Part shown: positions 36,245 through 48,943 of the stretch, piece by piece
Numbering within the stretch: the stretch's first letter is position 1
Layout of the letters: each line of letters begins with the position of its first letter
Origin: Eledone cirrhosa
Taxonomy: Eukaryota
Assembly: GCA_964016885.1 (NCBI GenBank)
Contig: OZ024741.1
Location: forward strand, 331,018,001-331,082,000
Direction of reading: 5' to 3'
DNA: 64,000 nucleotides
Made by a program: the position numbers and the translations under genes
Notes under the pieces: generated by a model
Told to the model about the DNA's origin: nothing
Databases searched by the model: none
Seen by the model: only the letters and a program-made list of their open reading frames with translations

Positions 36245-36812
36245 TATATACATTTCTATAGATATATTGCTACATAATGTGTGTGGCAGCAGCAGGTCTG
36301 TCTATCTTTCTGTCCGTTCTCTCGGTTACCATTAACAGAAATGATGATGGTAGTCGTAAAGAAAATAGCAGTAATATTGAAATTATCAATCAATAAATAC
36401 ACAAATAAAAGGTAACGATAGCAATAATTATTAGGAAATATCTTTGGGCCAGATCATCTGCAACGATAAAGGCCCCCGCACATATATATTACTATACACA
36501 CACACTCACATATATATATATAAATGCCACAACTAATAATTGATCATACTTTTACATATGTATGTATACATGTATATATAATCCAACGAGTCATTATCAT
36601 TTTTGTTTTTTGTTTTTGTTTTTTTTTTTGTTTTAGGGTTGATTTTCTTTTTCTTTCACATTTGTCTCATTTTTTTAAGCAATCTCTTCTATTTCTCCAT
36701 GAACACCTTCATTTTACTAGATCACTGATCATGGATAGCTACGTATATACATATATATATACACATACATACACACTCATATATATATAGACATAGGCAA
36801 ATAGAAAGATAT

Positions 36813-36844
<32 letters not shown>

Positions 36845-37044
36845 TAGGCAAATAGAAAGATATATACATATGTATATAAATAAAAAAAATATGTGTGTAG
36901 AAATATTCTTGTCTGTGATGCATTGAACAAAACATATTAATGGGTTTTCCTTTATATACATTATATATACAATCACACATACGTATAACACACATATGTA
37001 TATATAATAATATATATGTGTGTGTGTGTATAAAATTTTACCGC

Positions 37045-37660
37045 ACCTCCTGTTTCTTTTCCTCCTTGGTCGTGTTGCGTAGAGAGCCTCTGTCCTGCTG
37101 GTTTGTTCTACTGATACTCCTCTTACTCTTTCTCTTATTCTTACCCCTCTCTATTTCTTGTTACCTCTTTCTATTATTTCACTTTTTTACTCCCTTACCT
37201 ATATCTTTCTTTCCCTATCCCTTCCTTTTACTCTCCTCTTCCCTTAGCTTGTTTTCTTCTCTCCCTCTTTTTTTACTCTCCGTTATCTATCTTTTTCTCT
37301 CTTTTTATTTCCTGACCCCTCTATTACTATTTCTTTCTCTCCCCATCTTTTTCCATTTCCCTCTCTTTGTGTCTATATCTCTCTCTGAGTCTCCCCCTCC
37401 AGCAGTATTATGGCTTCAGTACACGGCCTTCCTGATGATATTAAGGAGATTCCTCCCCCTCTCTCTATACTTTATTAATGAGTCTACTCCCTCTCTATAC
37501 TTTATCAAGGAGACTTCGCCCTTCTTCCTTCTCTCTATATTCCATTAAGGAAACATTTTTCCTCACTTTTTCTTTTTACTCTATCAAGTACACTCCTTCT
37601 TCTCAGTCACTATCACTATTCTGTTAAGAAATATTCTCTTCCCTCTCTCTCTATAGGTTA
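37045..37660. repeat. Polypyrimidine (CT-rich) low-complexity tract
   Basis: Base composition. Confidence 0.8.
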
Positions 37661-39320
37661 TATCCACTGACACTCCCACCACCACTACTCTGACGCTGCT
37701 GATACAATCTCCCACATATTGCAGTATTAGTGTTGCTGCTGTTGCCGCCCTCCCCACCTGTCTATACACATGATATCCACAACCACCATATCTATACCTT
37801 AGTCAAACTACTAACAAACTCTCGCCATGCATCATGGGTAATATCGTCTGGACGAGATTTGTACTGCTACAGTCGTTAACGTACTTAGTTATATAAATTT
37901 CTCTTAATCCGGCTTTTCTACGCTATAGTGCCCCACCAACTTTATTTCTTCATAACTATCTTAATAATGTATATTTTTTTTATGAAATTTGGCAGCAATA
38001 CAATTTCAAAGGAATAGATTGCAACTATGTTGATAATTTTTTTCTTTTAAAATATTGTTTTATATTTGCATACTTACGTTCTTTAATACTTTCATTTACT
38101 GAATACTTTTTGATTCGTGTTTGTAGTAGATTAAACATAAACACGGAAATTTGTTCATTCATACCTTACAAATCCATGTGGCTAATAAATAATATCAATC
38201 AGGATAATGTCAGATGTTCTCCAAAAACGTAATGTCATTTCTACTACTAGGAATTACGTGGGTTGGAGCGGGGAGAGGAAGAATTACATTTTATTTCGTT
38301 TTTTGTTGTTTTTAATCAACAAAATAGTAATTTACACCTATGAATATGAAATTTCATTACAGATATTATCGAGAAAAATATAAGGAAACAAAGTCTGTGG
38401 GACATTCTCCTGGAGACATCCTACACTCACTATATTCCATATTTTGGGTTCTACATATGTATCTGTGTGTGTGTGCACATATATATACACGTGTTTATAC
38501 ATGTGTGTATATATATATGTGTATATGCATACTTATATGTGTGTGTATACATGTATATGTATACATGTGTGTATATACATGTTTGCGTTTTATATTAAAT
38601 TATTTGGAAACGTGTACGCCTATGTGTCATTGCCTATATAAGCATGTATGTATACATTATATATAAACATATATATTATATACACACATATATAGGTGAG
38701 TTGTATCTATAAGGTATACTTTGAATACGCGACTTCATATGACACGTAAAAAGATTTCTAATCAATCTTGTGTTGATAATTTATGTGTGATCCTAAGTTT
38801 GTCTACCTGTATGAATGTGCGTATATTTTATACGATATTTTATTCAAATTACAAATAAAAAGAAATGTAATAACATTATAAATAAAGAGAAATATAATAA
38901 TACAATGCTTACAGAACGAAACTTGCTATATATATATATATATACCTCTACTCATATACATACATGCATGTGTATATAATTTATAATTGCGTAAAAAAAG
39001 GTATCGGGTATATAGAAATATGTACGGATTAAATAAACCTTTACAATCGAACATAACCAACATTATAGCTATTGAGTTCTTCCTTATCTCTCTTTTTGTT
39101 AACATGTGTGTATATATATAAATATATAATTGTAGTCATGTGTTTAAGCAGCCCTTACACACATGTGTGTGTGTGTGTATAAAGCTGTTGCATAGACTTG
39201 AATGTTTTTGCGTTATATGTTGTGTAAATATATATATATGTGTGTGTATAATATATATATATATGTGTGTGTGTATAATATATATATCTATATATATATA
39301 TATATATGTGTGTGTGTATA

Positions 39321-39356
<36 letters not shown>

Positions 39357-39965
39357 ATACATATATATATATATATCATCGTTAGAATCTAGTAGTGCGC
39401 ATGAGTCTTACGTATAATCGATTGCGTGCTAGTGTATTGATTAATAAATGTATGAAGGTGTTAGTGATAGCGCAAAAATTAGAGAGCCGGCCTAGAGACT
39501 CATTTGGGTTCTAGGGAAGTCTTACGAAGTCTTTCATTGCCAACCTACATCGACCACATCTCTCTTTTTTTCCATAGGCCAAAAGAAATCGTTAAAAGAT
39601 TAGGAATGTGGGCAATAATGTTACGGAACAAGACTTAAATAGTACGTGGTTCTAATACACATTAAGATGTATAAAATTTATATCTTTTGTGTGTATGTAT
39701 AGCTTATGAAGGATTGTTTCACGAGCTTTATATGATAGATAGAATTATTGTAATGTATGCCTGTAGCACACCACTACAAAACAACTGTCACTATAATTTA
39801 TGCTGTAATAGTAGGAGTCTCTAGTAGTAGTAGTATCAATAATTATAGATATTTCTAATTAAGTATTACTTTTTTTAGTCTTTTTTAACGCGTATATGAA
39901 AAATACATTCGTACACACATACGCATATGGTATGTATATAATATATATATATATATGTGTGAGGA

Positions 39966-40023
<58 letters not shown>

Positions 40024-40029
40024 GATGTA

Positions 40030-40960
40030 TGTATATAAGAAGTGCCAAGATAGCCTAGTGGAAGGAAGCTGGGCAGAAGTGGTAACAGCTAATTTCAAAA
40101 CACTGAAAATTACAGAGGAGATGGCAAAGGAACACTGTGAGTGGGAGGCAGCCTGTACTACATGAGAATCCCTCAACCCATGCAAATATGATAAAACGAA
40201 AAATGCTGATAATTAGAGGAATTATTTGAATTCCGTACAAAAGGTGGGTTATTCAACCATCAGCACTTTAAGGATGAAAACACACAAACAAGTGTTATTC
40301 GTGATTTACTGTTTGCTGATGATGCTGCACTTGTTGCAACATCCCTTGAAAAGGCACAATAATTGATGAACTGTTTCTCGCTTGCCTGCAAAGCATTTGG
40401 TTTAACAATCAGCATTAAGAAGACTGACGTGGCATATAAACCAAAGCCAACCACCCCCAGATATGTAGATATTGGGCAAGGACAGCTGGGGTGTGGACAT
40501 CCCCATGTTCCTATCATTGTTGATGGCAAGGATCTGAAGTATATGAACTTCTTTACTTACGTTTGCAGCAAGGTGAACCGGTCTGAATCCCTGGATGATG
40601 AGATTGTCAATTGCGTCTCCAAAACAACTGACACCTTTGGCAAACTACATCATTGTCTATGGGGGGTCAGAGGTATATCTCTGAAAACAAAAGTTGCAGT
40701 TTATCCTGCAAAGGTACTAACAGCACTGTTCAACAGCTCAGTGTCATGGATACTTTTGCACACACACATTTATAAGTTTGATGTCTTCACTCTATCTGTG
40801 CTAATGCACTTTCTTACAGAATCTCCAATGCCAATCATTTCATGAGGTGCAACATCGGTGGGATTGAGTCATATCTGATGCAATCCCAACTCGGATGGGC
40901 TCCTCATGTCCTATGGATGACTGAGTACCCCACACCCAAGGTACTGTTAAAGAGTCAACT
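40030..40960 (+). pseudogene. Decayed RTE (BovB-like) LINE RT fragment
   Basis: IRDLLFADDAALVA, FGLTISIKKT, ISLKTKVAVY and a WAPHVLWM remnant of the WAGHV motif; contains stops and frameshifts. Confidence 0.8.
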
Positions 40961-41405
40961 TCATGATGGTGCCACATACTGTGACATGTTCTCTGCCTCC
41001 AACTTAATTGCTTCAGCCACAAACCCTGGCACTGCAGCCCGCAGTGTAGAGGACAGGAAGACAAGCAAATACTGGTGCTTGTCTGGTTGCTTCCTCTTTG
41101 CACTGGTCACCGTTGAGACCTCGAGCATCCTTGGAACCCATACTGCTGAGCTCCTTCGCAAAATCAAAACATCAGCAGCCTATTTGAGGAAGGAGCCCCG
41201 CAAGGTGAGGTTTCTGTTGCAGCGAGTGTCCATGGAAATACCTTTGCAGCTATGTCCATGGAGCGCAGCCCAAACACCGCCCTTGGCTAAGAGCCCATCA
41301 CCCTCTCCCCTTCCTCCTCCCTTTCTTCAGTGGCCGAAGAGTCCTTGTATTTCCCTCCTTTTCCTCTCATTTACGGCATATATAGTCTACTTTCTCATAC
41401 AGCAA
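40960..41405 (+). mobile_element. 3' fragment of a CRE-like non-LTR element (restriction-like endonuclease)
   Basis: ATYCDMFSASNL..EDRKTSKY..FALVTVETSSILG..LLQRVS is homologous to 56130-56420. Shared 3' UTR AGAGCCCATCACCCTCTCCCCT. Confidence 0.75.
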
Positions 41406-42046
41406 GACAAACTGAAGCACAATCTTAAATCTCTGAATATACTTCTTACTTTTTTTGAAAGCTGCTGACCATGTAAAATGGAGAATTGTCTGCCATGTAG
41501 ACATAAAGAACTTTGAAAAATCTTGTCTGGTCCATGTTTGTGATCTAAGATCTAACACCAAGATGTGATCAAATATTCCATCCTGCATTGCCCAAATTCC
41601 TGTCATCTATACTAAATGCGACTTGATATATAAATCAGCAGCTGGACTAAAGTTCAATTTAAGTCTAAGCCTTAAAAAAATGAATTGAGAAGACTATTGA
41701 ACCTCATATGTAGACATATGACAGGAGAGTCAATTATATATATATATATATTATAAAGAATTAGTGCTCAGTGGCTGAGCTGTTGCAGTTTTGACAGCCA
41801 CCATCGAAATGCCAAGAAGTCAGCTGTCAGGCGCTAACTCTTTACAACACATACATTCTACTTTCTGAAGCATTGAGTACTTACCTGAACAATGAGGTCT
41901 GTAAAATACTAAACTGGTGAAGTATAAGTTACTGATGCATGTGTCTGAGGAAGGAAATATTTCTTTTTTTTACACTTTTTTTTTATGACTAAGTTTGGAA
42001 CAAGACTTTTGAGAATCATCCTCACATATATATGTGTGTATGTATA

Positions 42047-42380
42047 TCATCATCATCACCGTTTTACATCCGTTCTTCCATGCTAACATGGGTTAGACGG
42101 GTTGTCCTGTTGTGGGCAGTGTCCGGTCGGCTGACCTTGCCTTGCTCATACGGGAACTGATTCTGGCTTGATCTCTACAGCTGGATGCCCTTCCTAACAC
42201 CAACCTCATTTACAGTGAGTGCTGAGTGCTTTTTTTCCGTGGCGCCTATACGCCCACTTTACAGTGTGGGCTGGGTGCTTTTTTGCCATGGCACGTCAAC
42301 AACCACTTTGCAGTGGGAGGGTGTGGGGGCATATTGTCTATATGCTTCAGCTTCGGCTTGTACCCGTGGGGGGTCGGATA
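42047..42380 (-). mobile_element. RTE subfamily-2 3'-end fragment
   Basis: (CAT)n tail, CCATGCTAACATGG and CTACAGCTGGATGCCCTTCC; closely similar to 44212-44658 and 60378-60735. Confidence 0.85.
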
Positions 42381-42394
42381 TATATATTTATATA

Positions 42395-43715
42395 CAGGGT
42401 AAGGCATAAGTTCGGAAATTTTTAAAATATGTAAACATATTGGACTTTGTTTGAATTTCTTAAAGAATTTGAATATGTCATCCACTAGAAAAAGGATACT
42501 CAAACTTCATTACACAGAGAAGTCAGATTCGGATATTGCAAAGTTATTTTCGGTTGCAAGATCTACTGTTTGGAAAGCTGTGAAGCATTTTAAAGAGCAG
42601 GATGTGTTGGATAGACCCAGAAGTGGAAGACCATGGACTCCTACTCTCATTAAAGCCGTTTGAGAAAGGATAAGAAAAAATCCGAAAAGGTCCATGAGAA
42701 AAATGGTAAAAGATGTCTGAGTAAGCCCTAGGACAATGAGAAAGATCATCAATGATGACTTGGGAATGTCTTCCTTCACTCTTCAGAAGAGACAATCCCT
42801 TTCTGAAAAGACAAAACAAAAAAGACTAGAGAGAAGCAAGAATTTGTAATTATACAGGATTTACCTCACATAATTATCTAACATAATATCGAATCTATGA
42901 GATTTTGATGATGTTATTATTTATTTTGAGAACAATACCTTAATGTAGGTATGAGTGGCTAGTTATAGGTGGTTTGAACAGAAAGAGGTGAGAGAATTCT
43001 GGCCAGATACGGCCGGTTTCAATGCTAAAGGGTTAAAGAAATGAAATGTGGCATGGCGGAGGAAATGATTGAGTAATTGGAAAAAAAAAAACATATGTAA
43101 TCAGTGTTGACCAAACATCTGTATTCCATACCAGCTTCTGTTATGGTCTGGGGTGGTGTTTCATCATATTGGAGGTCTCCTCTTGTTTTTATGGAAGAAA
43201 GGACAAAAATCAGCTCCCAATCTTACATCAATAGTATTCTGGAGCCTACTCTTGCTTCTGTAACTAATCATTTTGGCAATGATTATCTGTGGACCTTCCA
43301 ACAGGATGGACCCCCCCCCCCCCCTACAGCATATGTCACACCAGCTTGGTGCAGAGACCATCTTCCGAAGTTCTGGTCAAAAGAAATGTGGCCTCCTTGT
43401 TCACCTGATTTGAACCCTATAGACTTTTCAGTATGGTCTATCCTTGAAGAAAAAGCCTGTTCAAAAGTCCAAGAGATTCAATGATTTAAATGAATCTTTA
43501 CTGAGTGAGTGGAAAGAAATGTGTGCTTCAATGAAAGATGTTTGATGGAGGTTTGAAGCTGTTATTGCTGCACTAGAGGGTCATTTTGAATAAACTCTAT
43601 ATATTATATTCTAAAGATATTTATGTATAATTACATATAAGTTGCTGGTCAATAAAGTTAGTAGTTTTGTTATTAAAAGCATTTTTATTTTCTTCCAAAC
43701 TTATGCCTCACCTTG
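42395..43715 (+). mobile_element. Decayed DD37D (maT) Tc1/mariner transposon with internal insertion
   Basis: TIRs CAGGGTAAGGCATAAGTTCGGAA / TTCCAAACTTATGCCTCACCTTG. HTH and DRPRSGRP at the N-terminus; VMVWGGV, FQQDG and WPPCSPDLNPIDFSVW in the catalytic part (38 spacing with a poly-C expansion). Contains stops. Confidence 0.88.
42845..43036. mobile_element. One end of a piggyBac-type (TTAA) MITE inside the maT element
   Basis: Non-transposase sequence ending GGCCGGTTTCAATGCTAAAGGG-TTAA. The other end is not seen. Confidence 0.5.
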
Positions 43716-43942
43716 TGTGTGTGTGTATATATATTTTAAAAAAAGGAAAAGAATGACTTCACTTGTAGTTCTAAACAATTTAATTTAATTTTATGATTTT
43801 ACAATTTGGTTTCAGTGGGGAGATTTTGAAAGATTCCTGGTTAACTTTCCTGGAGAACTTTCTCGCATTCATTGGTGGCATACTAAGGATTTCACACATT
43901 TTCCAATATATATAAATATAGAAAGAGAGAGAGAAAAAGAAT

Positions 43943-44055
43943 ATGTAGAATCCCGACAGCAGCACCAAGCGGTTTCGATTTGTGTGTTCAGCCTGGTAAT
44001 GGCTTGTTGAATACACAAGCTGAAACCACTTAGCGCTGCAGTTGGGATTCTACAT
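43943..44055. repeat. 113-bp imperfect palindrome (MITE relic or hairpin RNA)
   Basis: ~50-bp arms ATGTAGAATCCCGACAGCAGC..GTGTTCAGC / GTTGAATACAC..GCTGCAGTTGGGATTCTACAT with a ~13-nt loop. Confidence 0.8.
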
Positions 44056-44130
44056 TATACCCACTCTGCATCTCCCCATACATTGAGTATTCCCATGATT
44101 AGTAGTCTCCCCAGTCTCAGCATCACAGAT

Positions 44131-44211
<81 letters not shown>

Positions 44212-44214
<3 letters not shown>

Positions 44215-44658
44215 GAGTGGGGAGACCCAAGATGACTTGGGATGAGGTGATAAAAGCCTACCTTACCCAACTACACCTCTCAAAGTCAATGACACACGAC
44301 CGTGACTTCTGGCGTCACGCAGTAATACAGGGTACCCGACCTCCCATGCGTACATGCTGAAGCATATAAACAATATGCCCCCCCCCCCCCCCCACCGCAA
44401 GGTGGTCGTGGAGGTGCCACGGCAAAAAAGCACCCAGCCCACACTGTAAAGTGGACGTGTAGGCGCCACGAAAAAGCACCCAGCACTCACTGTAAATGAG
44501 GTTGGTGTTAGGAAGGGCATCCAGCTGTAGAAATCAAGCCAGATCAGTTCCTGTATGAGCAAGGCATGGTCAGCCGACCAGACACTGCCCACAACAGGAC
44601 AACCCGTCTAACCCATGCTAGCGTGGAAGAACGGACGTAAAACGGTGATGATGATGAT
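44212..44658 (+). mobile_element. RTE subfamily-2 3' fragment including the end of the ORF
   Basis: Translates GRPKMTWDEVIKAYLTQLHLSKSMTHDRDFWRHAV, homologous to GRPRKTWDELINSDLTHLHLSKTMSLDRDLWRYSV. Ends in (GAT)n; 5' end abuts (TA)n. Confidence 0.88.
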
Positions 44659-45282
44659 TAGTAATAATAAATACAGATACCAAAATTCAGAGAGGACTCA
44701 AAAGTGTTGCATCTATATATATATAGTATTTATAAACCTGTAGATCAAATATTCATTATTAACAAAGATTTAAAGTATAAGTAAACAATTTCTGCTTTCA
44801 CCCTAAAGTAGAATCTTTTAAAACTGAGAAATATCTATCCATGGACACAGATATAAATATTAAAAAAAAAAAAAGAATCTGAGCAAATATAGCCTTTGGA
44901 AGCTAGAAAGACATAATGGTAATATGTGAAAATGTTCTCTTGAGATATGCCAAAATGCATGCAAAGAGAATAAAAAATGTAATTATGTCATAAGGGTGAA
45001 GTGGTAAGAACATAAAATAAGGGAGTTGGCTTATATTCAAGCAGAAGTGGTCCTTATTTGATTAAATTCCTCCAAATATTTCCTTATTTTCAAAATTAAT
45101 TGAAACACATAAGCAGTATATCTCATTAGAAATATAGTAATGAAAGGATTAATTAACCTTACTAAACTGCAAGTTTTATCAATCCTGATAGAATAAAAAG
45201 CAAAAATTAACCATTGAGGGGTTTGAACTAAAAAAGAGGAATTGGTAAATAAATGATATTTAGTGGCCTGCTACTGGTACAG

Positions 45283-45557
45283 AGTGACCTAATGGAAAGT
45301 GTGTTGGATTAATGATCACAATGTCGTGGGTTCAATTCTTAGACTAGGTTGTATGTTCTGTTCTTGAGCAAAATACTCCATTTCACATTGCTCCAATATA
45401 CTCAGCTGAAAATGAGTACCAGTAATAGCTGTGGGTTTAAACCTGTGATGGACAGGTGTCCTGTCTAGGAGGGTGTCTTGTACTCTCAGTTGCTTAATGT
45501 AATGGAAACCGGAATAAGCACTGACCTGATGAGCCTCTGAACTTGAGACAGACTTTT
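45283..45557 (+). mobile_element. Degenerate tRNA-derived CORE-like SINE
   Basis: B-box GGTTCAATTC and TTCTTGAGCAAAATACTCCATTTCACATTGCTCC, matching 7946-8083. Confidence 0.7.
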
Positions 45558-46089
45558 TAAACTACTGGTACCATGTAACCCAGTACAACTTGTATAGTAA
45601 TTGAGTGGTCAGTGACTTAACCAGCTCCCCCACCAAATCCTGGTCTGATAAGGAGGGTAAGTGGAACCTGAGCAGCACAAAAAAACAAAAGCTGTTAAAA
45701 GGGTAGATGAACTCCTCAGAGTCAATGGCCATCCACCCCATCTATGGGTTAAATAGCCTACCAACCCATAATTGGCTAAGTGTGGTGAGTACAGCTATAC
45801 CCTTGATATGACCAAAATCAATCAGAAAGTGGTGGAGGTCAACCAGGGAGGCGTTTTTCCAACAGGGGTGAGAAAGCCCGGAATTGGATTGGATTGGATT
45901 TTGAATACTTAGTGATAACTTTAAAACTCAGATCAGCTATCTACTCTTTCTGCTATTCCAACAAACTTTGTTTTTTTTAAAGATATATGTGGTATGTATG
46001 GGTCCATAACTTCTGATGGAGTTGTAAGGGTGCCCTAGTAATATGAAGCGTGTCTTGTGCATTTTAAACCTGGCAGAGCTTATCCAAGT

Positions 46090-46225
46090 ACTGGACTGGT
46101 ATTGATACTTTTCTATCGGGTTAGAAAGGATGAAAGGCAAAGTTGATCTTGACAGGATTTCAACTCAGAGAGCCGAGAGTTGGAACAAATACCACAAAAC
46201 ATTCTATCTAACATTCTAATGGCAA
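46090..46225 (-). mobile_element. SINE fragment (same family as 46445-46657)
   Basis: AAAGGATGAAAGGCAAAGTTGA..ATTTCAACTCAG is the reverse complement of the family core. Confidence 0.65.
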
Positions 46226-46357
46226 TTTGCTGCGTAACAGGCATTAGGACATTTGTTTTTCTGACATATGTATTAGAATATATTTTAGGAGGTTGAAAAA
46301 TACCACTGGGTTCAGAATCTTTTCCAAGGACATTATAGCTATAGAATGAAGAAAAAT

Positions 46358-46810
46358 ATTGTTATACTCTGGGAGGGTCATGCTGCCAATAAAAACACAA
46401 GCACCAGTTGAGCTTCACTTCGGTTTTATTATTAGTTAGTTAAAGGGCGGTGGATTGGCAGAATCAGTAGAGCGTCAGACATGTTTTGTGGCATATAGTT
46501 ATGTCCCTTTACATTCTGAGTTCAAATTCTGCTGAGCTTAGCTTTGCCTTTCATCCTTATGAGGTCAATAAAATAAGTACCAGTAACACACTGGGGTCAA
46601 TTTAATTGACTTTACCCTACCCCCAAATTGTTGGCTTTGTACCAAAATCAGAAACCATTATTAGTTCGGCAACTAATCCATTTCTCAATTAGTTTAGTAA
46701 TCGGATGGTTGTTTAATTGTCAGTTCTTTTGTCACACATCCTGTGACCTTCTCACTGACTCTTCTTGCTCCTCATGTCCTCAGTGTCTCTTCTTATCTTG
46801 TTCTATTTAC
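46358..46810 (-). mobile_element. Hammerhead-family element carrying an antisense SINE (SINE 46445-46657 on +)
   Basis: TGTTATACTCTGGGAGGGTCATG terminus; SINE with TGGCAGAATCAG, GAGTTCAAATTC and GCCTTTCATCC flanked by ATTATTAGTT; degenerate hammerhead at ~46718-46760. Confidence 0.75.
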
Positions 46811-46949
46811 ATCTTGTCAAAAACATCTTTAATTGTAAACTAAAACTATAGTGTTTGGAATCAATACAACATCACTGATACATTAAGGTTTCGTTAGAAT
46901 GATAATGACCATCTTGGGGGAGGTATGGGGAGGACTGTAGTCATGGTAT

Positions 46950-47835
46950 AATTGTAGTAGTAGTGGGGGTGATGTTGATGGTGGTGGTGGTGATGTTGGC
47001 AGTGTTGGTGATGGTGGTAGTGGTGTTGTTGGTGGTGGTGTTAGTGATGGTGGTGGTGTTGGTGGTGTTGTTATTGGTAGTAGTGGTAGTGGCGTTTGTG
47101 GTGCTGTTGTTGCTGTTGGTGTTGTTGTTGTTGGTGGTGGTAGTGTTGATGGTGGTTGGTAGTGGTGGTTGTGGTGGTATTGTTGTTAATGGTATAGGTA
47201 TTGGTGGTAGTGGTGATGGCGTTGGTGGTGGTGTAGGTATTGGTGGTCGTCGTAATGTTGGTAGTGCTGATTTGGGTGCAGAGTAAGGATGCAAGATAGT
47301 GGCATTGGTGAAAGAATCAAATAGAACGTAGAATTCATTTTATTCCCGATTTAAACGATTAGCAGAGTGGGGGGGGGGGGTCAGTTGGGGGCGGGGTGGG
47401 GCATCATTTCGTTAAAGTGTTGTTGTTATTATTGGTGGTGGTGGTGGTAGAAACAATAGCAGTAGTAATGACGGCAGTGTGGGTTGTGATGGTGGTGACG
47501 GAAGTGTGTTGTTGTGTTTGTGGTGGTAGAGGCGGTTTGTGTGTGGGGGGTGGGTGTTGATCAGTTGTGGGCGTCACTCAGTTAAATTGCTGTTGTTGTT
47601 AGTGGTGGTTGTGGAAACAATAATAGTAGTAGTGGCGGTGGTTGTGATGGTGGAGTAGTGTATTATAGTGGTAGTGGCCAGTGGTTGTATATGGCGGGCG
47701 GGGTGGAGAGGATGTAGTGGTTGTGGAGTGGAGGGTGTAGTGGTTGTGTGTGTGTAATGGTTGAATGGGTGGCAGTAGAGGAGAGGGAGTAGTGACTGTG
47801 TGGTGGTGGTGGTGGAGGAGGGTGTAGTTGTTACC
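46950..47835. repeat. Degenerate (GGT/GTT)n trinucleotide tract
   Basis: Read directly from the sequence. Confidence 0.9.
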
Positions 47836-48629
47836 ACCACGTCACCCCTGTTTGAGCAGACATATAATCAAAAGCATTTCAGTTGTGACCATTCCATAAT
47901 TTTAATTTTTCTAGCTTTAATGTACTCTGTGTGTGAGTGTGTGTGTGTGGGGGGGGTATGTTATGTATGTACGTGTGCGTGTATTTTCCGTTTTAAGACG
48001 ATTCAGTGTAATTTGAGGGAGATATAGCTGCTATTTTTAGCAGTTTCAGTGACAACATAAAGGTCCCTTATGGTCAGGTGGAGGTAGTGGTGTTTAATGT
48101 GTGTATATGTCAGTATACGATGTATGGTGATGTGGCGGTGATAGTGATAGTTGTGTGTAGGTTGTGCGTATATATATATATGTGTGTAAACGAAACTACA
48201 TCGTTTTGATTAATATATACTCTCTGCCTGTGCATCGAGTGCTCATTTTGGTACCACCAATCCACTAGTAATTCACTGAATCACCACACACATTCACACT
48301 ACAGTGGTAGAGACTCTGTAAGTTATATTACTGTGGTGTATGTGATATGTTTGGTGTTGTGTTACTGATCGAATGTTCAACTACTTTAAAAAAAAAAAAA
48401 AAAAAATCAACGAAAAAATACACTACAATACTGGATATCCATTCTTCTCTATGTATGATCATTTCTCTTGCCATTGTTATTATAACCACAAAATAATCGA
48501 GAGATCCGTAGGGAGAACATTCATTTAAAAAAAAAAAAAGTGTCTTGGTAGGAAAAAGGTTAGGAACCACTGGTGTAGCGTATTTGTGTCTATTTGTTCC
48601 TGTGATACTATAGTGTATGCAGTAATGTA

Positions 48630-48828
48630 CAAGGGTTAGAGTTTAAAATGTTCATAGGCTGACTATGGAGGAATGATGCTAGAGCTGTGAAATCTTACAT
48701 GCATTAATTTCAACTCTTATTAATAACTGCATTGTTTCTTTCCAGGGACTATGTTGAAAAAATAAACCTCATTTGATCATTCCAAGAGAGCACCTTGGTC
48801 AGCCTTTGAAATTTTCAGCCGACCCTCG
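48630..48828. mobile_element. ~200-bp mariner-type MITE, copy 1
   Basis: TIR ..GTTCATAGGCTGAC / GTCAGCCTTTGAAATTTTCAGCCGACCCTCG; homologous to 50078-50266 and 50775-50975. Confidence 0.8.
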
Positions 48829-48906
48829 ATAGGAAAAAAATAAGCACACGCTTAGGGCATCGAGAGAAGAAGGGCATCATTTTACACAAATTAAATGTAT
48901 GTCATT

Positions 48907-48943
<37 letters not shown>

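Noticed and set aside
36940-37548. 202-aa hydrophobic Leu/Phe/Ser ORF
   Set aside because: Translation of a CT-rich low-complexity tract, with no domain motifs.
37795-37870. Possible minus-strand exon (QYKSRPDDITHDAWREFVSSLTK|gtatag) or ZNF143-like motif TTACCCATGATGCA
   Set aside because: Acceptor lacks a polypyrimidine tract and there are no supporting exons; insufficient evidence for either reading.
45520-45560. CTGATGAG as a hammerhead core (also CTGATGAA at ~62181)
   Set aside because: No properly placed GAAA or flanking stems; part of a SINE tail.
46941-47294. Thr/Asn-rich mucin-like ORF and Val-rich antisense ORF
   Set aside because: Translations of a degenerate (GGT)n microsatellite.
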